In this document: positions 1-9,127 of the stretch, piece after piece
Position numbering within the stretch: the stretch's first letter is position 1
Layout of the letters: every line of letters begins with the position of its first letter
Source of the DNA: Eledone cirrhosa
Lineage: Eukaryota
Assembly: GCA_964016885.1 (NCBI GenBank)
Contig: OZ024741.1
Coordinates: 400,458,001-400,522,000, forward strand
Length of the DNA stretch: 64,000 nucleotides
Reading direction: 5' to 3'
Made by a program: the position numbers and the translations under genes
Notes under the pieces: model-generated
Database searches by the model: none
Seen by the model: the letters and a program-made list of their open reading frames with translations, nothing else
Told to the model about the DNA's origin: nothing

Positions 1-900
1 CTTGGCTGTTCCACCACCTTAGTCTCACTATCATCCCTGGTCTTACCAAAGGTACCAAGTAATGCTCCAGGTGAGTGTGCTTGGCTGTTCCACCACCTTG
101 CCATGCTATCACCTCTAGCCTTACCAAGGTACGAAATAATACTCCGGGTGAGAATGCTTGGCTGTTCCACCACCTTAGTCACGCTATCACTCCTGGACTT
201 ACCAAGGTATGTTGTGATGCTCTAGGTGAGAGTGCTTGGTTGTTCAACTGTCTTAGTCACGCTATCACTCCTGGCCTTACGAAGGTATGTTGTGATGCTC
301 TACGTGAGAGTGCTTGGTTGTTCAACTGTCTTAGATACGCTTTCACTCCTGGTCTTACCAAGGTATGTTGTGATGCTCTACGTGAGAGTGCTTGTTTGCT
401 TCACCACCCTAGTCTCACTATCATCCCTGGCCTTACCAAGGTATGTGGTGATGCTCCAGGTGAGAGTGCTTGGCTGTTCCACCACCTTAGTCTCACTATC
501 ATCCCTGGCTTTACCAAGGTACCAAGTAATGCTCCAGGTGAGAGTGCTTGGCTGTTCCACCACCTTAGTTTTACTGTCATCCCTGGCTTTACCAAGGTAC
601 CAAGTAATTCTCCAGGTGAGAGTGCTTGGCTGTTCCACCACCTTAGTCTCACTATCATCCCTAGCCTTACCAAGGTACCAAGTAATGCTCCAGGTGGGAG
701 TGATTGGTTGTTCCACTGACTTAATCACTCTATCACCCCTGGCCTTACCAAGGTATGTGGTGATGCTCCAGGTGAGAATGCTTGTTTGATCCACAACCTT
801 AGCCATGCTATAACCCCCAGCATTTACCATGTATGTTGTGATGCTCCAGCTGAGAGTGCTTGGTTATGCCAGTGCCTTAGCCACGCTATCACCTGCAGTA
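1..900. repeat. 78-bp minisatellite, ~11-12 diverged copies, truncated by window start
   Basis: cttggctgttccaccaccttagtctcactatcatccctggccttaccaaggtaccaagtaatgctccaggtgagagtg recurs with ~78-bp period; overlapping ORFs show 26-aa repeats. Confidence 0.93.
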
Positions 901-1219
901 ACACTGCTAGTGTGTTGGCTTGCCACAAAAGGTATTAGAGGGAGGCAGTGAAATCTACTTCCATTACTATTTATTATTTTATCTAAAACATTAAATATTG
1001 TATATTTTATTTGTGAATACTTTCATTCTGTAAGAATTATAAATGATTGGTAATGTTATTTAAACAACAGTGAACATCAAACAACAAAATAGTTGCCATG
1101 ACACACAGACACAGACACATATATACATACAGATATATATATAACCCATGCCCATCTAACCCATGCTAGCGAGGAAAATGATGATGATATTCCAATATAT
1201 ATATATATCTATATATATG

Positions 1220-1330
1220 TAAAAGGTAAACAGAAATAACAACACAATCAGTACAGTATATGGAAAGTATATATTAGGTTAACGCTTGATATAGCGGGAA
1301 GAGGGTCTTAATGTTTCGGACGTTAGAATG
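1220..1330 (-). mobile_element. Penelope-like element 3' end remnant (only the GAAAC half of a hammerhead remains)
   Basis: Reverse complement ccgaaacattaagaccctcttcccgctatatcaagcgttaacctaata resembles the 3' ends at 6340-6495 and 7676-7760. Confidence 0.45.
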
Positions 1331-1382
1331 AGAAATAATATAGATTGAGAGGATGGGCGGGTTGGAATTATATATATATATT

Positions 1383-1555
1383 CCACACTGTAAATGTTGT
1401 TGGCGTTGGGAAGGGCATCCAGCCGTAGAAAACCTGCCAGATAGTCCTATATGAGCGAGACACGGTCACCCGACCAACCTTGCCTCAAGTGGGACAATTC
1501 CCGTCTAACCCATGCTAGCATGGAAGATAGACATTAAACAATGATGATGATGATG
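1383..1555 (+). mobile_element. RTE-type LINE/SINE 3' tail fragment ending in (ATG)n
   Basis: tggcgttgggaagggcatccagccgtagaaa...acattaaacaatgatgatg; matches the LINE 3' UTR at 9128-9400 (minus strand). Confidence 0.8.
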
Positions 1556-1559
1556 AAAT

Positions 1560-1673
1560 ATAAGCAAATAATTGAATGAAGGAGTTAGAAGCCATTAAAA
1601 CAATTCGTTATATTGAGCTATATAAAGAATTGTTTTAACGGCTTCTAACTCCTTCAATTATTCATTTGCTTAT
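1560..1673. repeat. Imperfect ~50-bp-arm inverted repeat
   Basis: tgaaggagttagaagccattaaaacaattc pairs with gaattgttttaacggcttctaactccttca (1 mismatch). Confidence 0.85.
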
Positions 1674-1814
1674 TCCCGCTCTGCTTAAACCATACGCTAT
1701 ATTTAACTCTGCTAACCCAAGCATTGAGCACACTCCGCTTTGGCTATTGGTATTTAGTAATCTGTATTGCACCTCTTTGTACTTCTCTGCTTACTCCTCT
1801 CCTACGATACTTTA

Positions 1815-1936
1815 TTCTGAGTTCAAATCCCACCGAGGTTAACTTTGCCTTTCATCCTTACGGGGTCGAAAAAATAAAGTTCCAGTAATGCACTGATTAT
1901 TTGCTGGCCTTGTGCCAAAAGTAGAAACAATTATTA
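1815..1936 (+). mobile_element. tRNA-derived SINE family B, 5'-truncated (Meta/MESC-like central domain)
   Basis: B box gagttcaaatccc, then gaggttaactttgcctttcatccttacggggtcga, tail gctggccttgtgccaaaagtagaaac(att)n; homologs at 50820, 51902 and 53584. Confidence 0.8.
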
Positions 1937-1956
1937 TATATATAATATATATATAT

Positions 1957-2305
1957 GGAGGCTCATGGAGGCTTAGTGGTTAGAGCATTGGCCTGTCAAT
2001 CGAAAGGTTGTGAGTTCAATTCTCAGACCGGGTGATGTGTTGTTTCCTTGAGCAAGACACTTTATTTCACATTGCTCCAGTTTACTCAGCTGTAGAAATG
2101 AGATGATAGGACTGGGGTCCATATCATTCCACTGCAAAGTGGTCTTGGAGGTGCCACGGCAAAAAAGCACCTAGCACTCACACTAAATGAGGTTGGTGTT
2201 AGGAAGGGCATCCAGCTGTAGAAATCAAGCCAGAATCAGTTCCCGTCCCACCCTTGCAAGCAGGGAAAAAGCGGACGTAAAATGAAATGATGATGAAATG
2301 ATGAT
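1957..2305 (+). mobile_element. Full-length tRNA-derived CORE-type SINE (family A) with RTE-derived tail
   Basis: A box ggcttagtgg, B box gagttcaattc, CORE-like tgtttccttgagcaagacactt, tail ggtgttaggaagggcatccagctgtagaaa plus (ATG)n. Confidence 0.9.
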
Positions 2306-2433
2306 ATATACATATTAATATATATATACTGGAATATATATACATATATATATATGTCTTATGGTAGCTAGAAAGCACCCATAGGCGGTATGCCAGTTGA
2401 GCATGATTCTTCGTTTTCCATTCTACATATATA

Positions 2434-2655
2434 TCATCATCATCATCATCTTCATCATCACCGTTTTACGTCCGTTCTTCCACGCTATCATGGGTTAGAC
2501 AGGTTGTCCTGTTGTGGGCAGTGTCCAGTCGGCTGTCCTTGTCTTGCTCATACAGGAACTGAATCTGGCTTGATTTCTACAGCTGGATGCCCTTCCTAAC
2601 ATCAACCGCATTTACAGTGAGTACTGGGTGCTTTTTTTGCCGTGGCACCTCCACG
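2434..2655 (-). mobile_element. SINE family A-like 3' fragment
   Basis: (CAT)n then ttctacagctggatgcccttcctaac. Confidence 0.85.
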
Positions 2656-2731
2656 TGGGTGTGGGGGCATATTGGCTATATGCTTCAGCTTTTATATATA
2701 TATATATATATATTAATATATATATACTGGA

Positions 2732-2780
<49 letters not shown>

Positions 2781-2821
2781 TTCAAAATATTAATAAATAT
2801 AGACATTCATGTGATCAAATA

Positions 2822-2887
2822 TATTTTATTATATATATTTCAGAGGCACTGAGCTATTTCATAAGTACGTCCTCATCAGATAAAATA
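2822..2887 (-). ncRNA. Minimal type I hammerhead ribozyme motif (family 1)
   Basis: rc: tattttat-CTGATGA-ggacgtact..agtgcctct-GAAA-tatatATA-ataaaata; 8-bp stem I, palindromic stem III ATATATAT, AUA triplet. Confidence 0.8.
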
Positions 2888-2938
2888 AATTGATGTCTGA
2901 CATACCTCAACTGTGCTGATGGTTCAATTCCAGTCTTG

Positions 2939-2976
<38 letters not shown>

Positions 2977-3278
2977 AAATAAATAACTCCAGTCCAGAAA
3001 TATTTCTATCTTTCACTATTTTCTTTTGATTTTCATCTTGTTAACATTGACTGGAATAACCAGATGTGTTTATAAAAGAAGAGGCAACACCCTGCTACAT
3101 CAACACAGTAGACAGAGATGTTAATTAGATGTATATTTACCATGAGAAATATTAACACTGACCATTCTAGTTTATATTTCATACATTTGACAGCTACTTC
3201 AGTTGAGCCGGGAATTCTTGCTTTCTTTTTTTTGTCTAACTTCTTGGCTGCTGTGAATATATATATATATAAACAGTT

Positions 3279-3309
<31 letters not shown>

Positions 3310-3899
3310 CCTCTCTCTCTCTCTCCCCCTCTCTCTCTCTCTCTCCCACTCTCTCTCTCTCCCTCTCTCTCTATATATATGTATATATAAATATATATAT
3401 ATATATATATAAATATTTACACATACACCAATTATAATTCTCTGGACATGCTTTACTCTATAGTATATATATATATATATATATAACAATATTCACTGAA
3501 CCAGAACAATTCTCCCATCCAATTTCTCTTGACCATTATCTTTTACTTGTCATAAAATTCTCTAAAAAGGCTACAGAATAGATTTCCAAATAAGGGCGCG
3601 GAAATTTAATGAAAACTTGTTCACGTGACAGCCATAATTTCATTTATAACCAATCAAATTACGTTTATTAAAAAAAAGCCTTTGTGTGCCCCCTTTTTTT
3701 AAGTAAAAAGAAATTCAAACACTCATATATGAAAAAAACAACCTGTGACCCCCCCTGTTTGAAGAACTTTGTAACGCGAACTGGCGCAAAATTTATTATA
3801 ATTATTGACCAACCAATCAAATTACTTCTCGAAAAACCTGGCATTTCGAGCCACTTTTTCCATATAAAACAAGTAACATTCAGAGACCAACCAGATGTG

Positions 3900-4038
3900 A
3901 GAAAAACCACAGACCCTCCATCTCAACTCTATTTTTGAAAAGCAGAAGAACTGCGAAACCGGTAAAGGAACCAAATAAATATATATATTTTTTTTTAAAA
4001 TAAGACTCCAGTTGCATTTTTGATTTCATCTTTTTTTC
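3900..4038 (+). repeat. Dispersed ~130-bp repeat, copy 1
   Basis: aaaccacagaccctccatctcaa...gactccagttgcatttt also at 6107-6230. Confidence 0.8.
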
Positions 4039-4099
4039 TTTATACTTTCACTCGTGTAGGACACCTCGGTTATTTTTCATTTTGTAAAAAAAACCTCAC

Positions 4100-4167
<68 letters not shown>

Positions 4168-4278
4168 CTCCAGTTCCCCAGTGAATTAACAACCCAACAA
4201 GGAACTGGGCATATCAGAGTATTGACAATATCATACACCTAAACAACATATGTACTTGTCTATACCATACTAATTCAA

Positions 4279-4333
4279 ACTGCCTGAAGAGGTCACAGCC
4301 AAAGATGACTGTCACTGAAATATATATAGCAGT
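4279..4333 (+). ncRNA. Minimal type I hammerhead ribozyme motif (family 2) followed by AATAAA
   Basis: actgc-CTGAAGA-ggtcacag..ctgtcact-GAAA-tatatATA-gcagt; stem I actgc/gcagt is perfect; aataaa at 4334-4339. Confidence 0.85.
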
Positions 4334-4416
4334 AATAAACGAAGCTAAATTTTAATCATTTGACTTTTATTTAACTTTATTTTATATATATATATATATA
4401 TATAATTGTTTATATA

Positions 4417-4499
<83 letters not shown>

Positions 4500-4503
<4 letters not shown>

Positions 4504-4770
4504 TCATCATCATCATCATCATCATCACCGTTTTACTTGCTAGCATGGGTTAGACGGGTTGTCCTGTTGTGGGCAGTGTCTGGTCGGCTGACCATGCCTT
4601 GCTCATACAGGAACTGATTCTAGTTTGATTTCTACAGCTGGATGCCCTTCCTAACACCAACCTCATTTACAGTGAGTGCTGGGGGCTTTTTTCCGTGGTG
4701 CCTACATGTCCACTTTACAGTGTGGGCTGGGTGCTTTTTTGCCGTGGCACCTCCAAGACCACTTTGCAGT
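4500..4770 (-). mobile_element. SINE family A-like 3' fragment
   Basis: (CAT)n tail, ctggatgcccttcctaacaccaacc, gccgtggcacctccaagaccactttgcagtg. Confidence 0.85.
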
Positions 4771-4844
4771 GCGAGGGTGTGGGGGCATATTGTCTATATG
4801 CTTCAGCTTGTACCCATGGGTATATATATAACTGTTTATATATA

Positions 4845-4876
<32 letters not shown>

Positions 4877-4957
4877 ACTGTTTATATATATGTGTGTATA
4901 TATATTTATATATATATATATATATAAAACTTCTTGGCTGCCGCACATAAAAACAGT

Positions 4958-4989
<32 letters not shown>

Positions 4990-5543
4990 CATATATATGT
5001 GTGTGGAGGGGATGTATGTGTGTGTGGGCATGTATGTATCTGTGTGGGTCTGTGTATATGTGTGTGTGTTTGTTTATATGTGAGTGTTTGTGTGGAAAAG
5101 AAGTTACAAAGTATATTGATTCAGCCGCAGTAAAGAGAGGAAGGAAAAAAGAAACAAAAAAGAAACAAGACAAAAAGAGAAAAAACAAAAAGGTAAATTT
5201 AAACTTGACATGTTGAATCAAATAAACACATAATAAAAAAAATTATAAAGTTGCGAAGGAGGGGGACAAAATCAAGAAAAACCTGCATAAGTCAGGAATG
5301 TTTGGGGGAAAAATCTGTAAAAATCTGTAAAAATCTCTAAAAATCTACACAAGAAGTGAAGATCAACTCAGCTGTATGGAGGATCTTGTAATAGTAAAGA
5401 TAGCAAATTGTAAAATTGTCTCAACAAATAGAAGGAGAAAATACATAGTTTTCTCCTTTATTTTCCCTCATATTTTTGCTTCCTTATTTTATTATTTATT
5501 ATTCTACACCGTTGTGTGTGTGTCGCTCTCACTCTCTCCCCCC

Positions 5544-5575
<32 letters not shown>

Positions 5576-5739
5576 GATGATACATATATATATATATATT
5601 TAAAAGTTAAACAAGGTTCAATGAATACATCAAAGAATGAGTTTTAAAATATATTGGAAGCACTCAACAGAAAAGGTTTTCCAGAGTTATTAATATTAAT
5701 TCAAAATATTAACAAAATAGGTATTCTTGTGATCAAGTA

Positions 5740-5806
5740 TATTTTATTATACATATTTCAGAGGTACTGAGCTATCTTCAACAGTACGTCCTCATCAGAT
5801 AAAATA
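5740..5806 (-). ncRNA. Type I hammerhead motif (family 1), left arm
   Basis: rc: tattttat-CTGATGA-ggacgtactg..cagtacctct-GAAA-tatgtATA-ataaaata. Confidence 0.8.
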
Positions 5807-5910
5807 AGATGATGCATGACATACCCTGACATAGTAGATGGTTAAGATTCAGTCACTACCATGACTGAATCTTAACCATCTACTATGTCAGGGTATGTCA
5901 TGCATCATCT

Positions 5911-5977
5911 TATTTTATCTGATGAGGACATACTGTTGAACTTAAATCAGTACCTCTGAAATATGTATAATAAAATA
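5911..5977 (+). ncRNA. Type I hammerhead motif (family 1), right arm
   Basis: tattttat-CTGATGA-ggacatactg..cagtacctct-GAAA-tatgtATA-ataaaata. Confidence 0.78.
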
Positions 5978-6037
5978 TACTTGATCACAAGAATACCTAT
6001 TTTGTTAATATTTTGAATTAATATCTATATATATATA

Positions 6038-6106
<69 letters not shown>

Positions 6107-6109
<3 letters not shown>

Positions 6110-6230
6110 AACCACAGACCCTCCATCTCAATTCTACTTTTGAAAAGCATAAGAACTGAGAGACCGGTAAAGAAAACAAATAAATATTCTTAAAAAGACT
6201 CCAGTTGCATTTTCAATTTCATCTTTTTTC
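6107..6230 (+). repeat. Dispersed ~130-bp repeat, copy 2
   Basis: Homologous to 3900-4038. Confidence 0.8.
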
Positions 6231-6239
6231 CTTAATACT

Positions 6240-6292
6240 AATTGTTTCTACTTTAGGCACAAGGCCAGCAATCACCCAGTGTATTACTGGTA
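6240..6292 (-). mobile_element. SINE family B 3' tail fragment
   Basis: gtttctactttaggcacaaggccagca is the reverse complement of the family B tail. Confidence 0.7.
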
Positions 6293-6339
6293 ATATATAT
6301 ATATATTTATATAAATATACATATATATATTTTTTCCAC

Positions 6340-6495
6340 TAACTCCCCCCCACACTCCTCAGATTTCCTCTCCCCCACTCTCCTGATGAAGGGCCTGAAA
6401 CATTGCACCAACACCTCCCACTCTCACTAAGTGTGAACCTAATAACTTTTGTAACTTGTACTCCTGTGTAGTTGTTGTTGTTTTTTACTTTCCTG
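6340..6495 (+). mobile_element. Penelope-like 3' end with degenerate hammerhead core
   Basis: cccccactctcCTGATGAagggcctGAAAcattg; shares cccccactctcctga with the 3' end of the PLE RT fragment at 7676-7760 (minus). Confidence 0.5.
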
Positions 6496-6517
6496 TATAT
6501 ATATATATATATATATG

Positions 6518-7241
6518 CAAGTTAATATAAAAAATATATGATCAACACTAATGTGTTTTTATTGCAAATTGACAATACTTTAGCCAGATAGAAATACCTT
6601 AATTCAAATACATATAGTCTGCCTGTATCGATCTAAAAAATAAATAATAAGTCTATACTCACAGACATATATCGGCAACTGCCCTGGTGCCTATACAAGT
6701 TTAAATTTCAAAATTCAAACCTTTTTAGCAGATCAGTCCGAACTTCAAAAAGTAAACTTGTTTCACAAAGGATGGTATACTATTGAAATAATTAATTAAT
6801 TATGGAATAACTGTTTATGAAATAATTATTAGTGAAATAATCAATTTTCTGTGATATTTCTCTTAGGTGAAGTAACTCTAATTTTTCTGGGTGCCTATTG
6901 AGAATCACAGAAAATTGATTATTTCACTAATAATTATTTCATAAATAGTTATTCCATAATTAATTAATTATTTCAATAGTATAACATCCCTTGGGAAACA
7001 GGTTTATGTTTTGAAGTTCGGACTGATCTGCTGAAAAGGTTTGAATTTTGAAATTTAAACTTGTATAGGCACCAGGGCAGTTGCCGATATATGTCTGTGA
7101 GTATAGATTATTATTTATTTTTTAGATCGATACAGGCAGACTATATGTATTTGAATTAAGGTATTTCTATCTGGCTAAATTATTGTCAATTTGCAATAAA
7201 AAACACATTAGTGTTGATCATATATTTTTTATATTAACTTG
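6518..7241. repeat. Large inverted repeat: ~338-bp arms, 48-bp spacer
   Basis: 6518-6855 is reverse-complementary to 6904-7241 with few mismatches. Confidence 0.92.
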
Positions 7242-7311
7242 TATTGTACTGCTCAGAAATATTTCTTAGAGCTAAATAATTGTATTTGACTCCTGAGTGA
7301 AAACTCAAAAT

Positions 7312-7367
<56 letters not shown>

Positions 7368-7371
<4 letters not shown>

Positions 7372-7547
7372 TCATCATCATCATTTCATTTTACGTCCAC
7401 TTTTCCCTGCTTGCAAGGGTGGGACGGGAACTGATTCTGGCTTGATTTCTACAGCTGGATGCCCTTCCTAACACCAACCTCATTTACAGTGAGTGCTGGG
7501 TGCTTTTCTGCCGTGGCACCTCCACGACCACTTTGCAGTGGAATGAT
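7368..7547 (-). mobile_element. SINE family A 3' fragment
   Basis: tttacgtccacttttccctgcttgcaagggtgggacgggaactgattctggc matches the reverse complement of 2230-2280. Confidence 0.9.
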
Positions 7548-7557
7548 ATATATATAT

Positions 7558-7599
<42 letters not shown>

Positions 7600-7601
7600 A
7601 T

Positions 7602-7666
<65 letters not shown>

Positions 7667-7675
7667 GAAAAATTG

Positions 7676-8089
7676 AACAGGGACAGAACAGAGAGGCAGT
7701 ACAATAAATGTTTATTAAATTCACGCTCAGGAGAGTGGGGGGTAGGTGGGGGACTAGAAAGAGGGACTTGATGTCTAGGGTGAAGAGGAATGGCTGAGGG
7801 CCGGGTAGATAGGTGAAGGAGTCGAAAAGGCGCAGGGCGTGGTTGGTGTCGGAGATGTGGGAGGGGAGGGTGGTGACAAGGGGGGCGAGGAGGGAGTCGA
7901 GAAAGGCGGAGATGAGTTCGGTGGGGCAGTTGCAAGCGGAGACGATGGGGCGGCCGGGGTTGTCGGGTTTGTGGAGTTTGGGGAGGAAGTAGATGGTGGG
8001 GTGCGGGGGGTGCGGACGATGAGGTGGGAAGCGGTGGGGGAGGAGGGAGGAGGCGATAAGGTCTTTGATGGTGGAGGAGATTTGTTGTT

Positions 8090-8092
<3 letters not shown>
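7676..8092 (-). pseudogene. Internally deleted Penelope-like element: RT N-terminal fragment joined to a 3' end
   Basis: [37 protein letters not shown]...[10 protein letters not shown] is typical of PLE RT (LPKxHK, GRPIVS, DxxSL). Confidence 0.88.
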
Positions 8093-8125
<33 letters not shown>

Positions 8126-8175
8126 TATATATATATATATAAACATACATATTTATATACATATATATATATATA

Positions 8176-8234
<59 letters not shown>

Positions 8235-8279
8235 CGTAAAATAAGAAAATTATAAAATTAACTTACTTACTAAAAAATC

Positions 8280-8362
8280 ACTTCCAACTAATTAGTTTCT
8301 GGAATGGAGTAAATATATTTTCCGAAGAAACATATAGAAAATCATTCCGTCATCAGGAAAGT
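8280..8362 (-). ncRNA. Type I hammerhead motif (family 3)
   Basis: Reverse complement of the 8858-8940 motif. Confidence 0.75.
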
Positions 8363-8857
8363 CTTTTTCCGTGTAAGTCTCCAGGCATAGCGAGGACTCT
8401 GGAAACTTATTTTAAAAAAAAATAATAATTATAATTCAGTGGAAAGGAAATAGCGAAGCGTGGACTGGATTCCTAGCCATTGAGAAAATCACTGCCTCTA
8501 CGTCTGTGGCAAATTCAAAAAGAATCAATCACGTGATATCGAGGTCAATCAGTGGAAAGCGAGTGGTTAATAAGACAGCGGCCAGCCTACTACCATAGTA
8601 GCAGTCATGGCCAAATATTGCTCGACAAATGAATTGGAGATAATTATAAGGAATTTATATCTAGTAACATTTATATACACACAGATGCACATCAATGCTA
8701 GCAAATATATAGGTTTTGTCTTATTAACATTGTGGTTCAATGCATGGGGTTGCAGAACAATAATATGAGAGACTTCGCTATTTCCTTTCCACTGAATTAT
8801 TTTTTTTTAATAAGTTTCCAGAGTTCTCGCTATGCCCGGAGACTTACACGGAAAAAG

Positions 8858-8940
8858 ACTTTCCTGATGACGGAATGATTTTTTATATGTTTCTTCGGAA
8901 AATATATTTACTCCATTCCAGAAACTAATTAGTTGGAAGT
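8858..8940 (+). ncRNA. Type I hammerhead motif (family 3)
   Basis: actttc-CTGATGA-cggaatg..cattcca-GAAA-ctaattaGTT-ggaagt; palindromic stem III ACTAATTAGT, GUU triplet. Confidence 0.78.
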
Positions 8941-9127
8941 GATTTTTTAGTAAGTAAGTTAATTTTATAATTTTCTTATTTTACGTCTCTCATATTATTG
9001 TTCTGCAACCCCATGCATTGAACCACAATGTTAATAAGACAAAACCTATATATTTGCTAGCATTGATGTGCATCTGTGTGTATATAAATGTTACTAGATA
9101 TAAATTCCTTATATATATATATATATA

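Larger units (their letters stand above)
5693..6024. mobile_element. Fold-back element: 163-bp inverted arms, 6-nt loop, one hammerhead per arm (Penelope pLTR/retrozyme-like)
   Basis: Arms 5693-5855 and 5862-6024 are near-perfect reverse complements; single-arm homolog at 2777-2935. Confidence 0.85.
8226..9112. mobile_element. Permuted and inverted non-coding element (A-C-B followed by rc of B-A) with two hammerheads
   Basis: 8226-8458 is inverted at ~8773-8993; 8645-8773 is inverted at ~8985-9112. Confidence 0.82.

Noticed and set aside
75-830. ORFs of 90-214 aa at the window start
   Set aside because: By-products of the 78-bp repeat, open in several frames on both strands, with no domain
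1957-2030. tRNA gene
   Set aside because: A and B boxes belong to a SINE head; no proper acceptor stem, and it continues into SINE body and tail
3500-4105. Possible non-autonomous DNA element or CCAAT promoter (aaccaatcaaattac twice)
   Set aside because: No TIR or TSD could be defined and no downstream gene is evident
6378-6410. Intact hammerhead at ctcCTGATGAagggcctGAAAcattg
   Set aside because: Stem II is collapsed and there is no NUH plus stem I partner; counted only as a remnant
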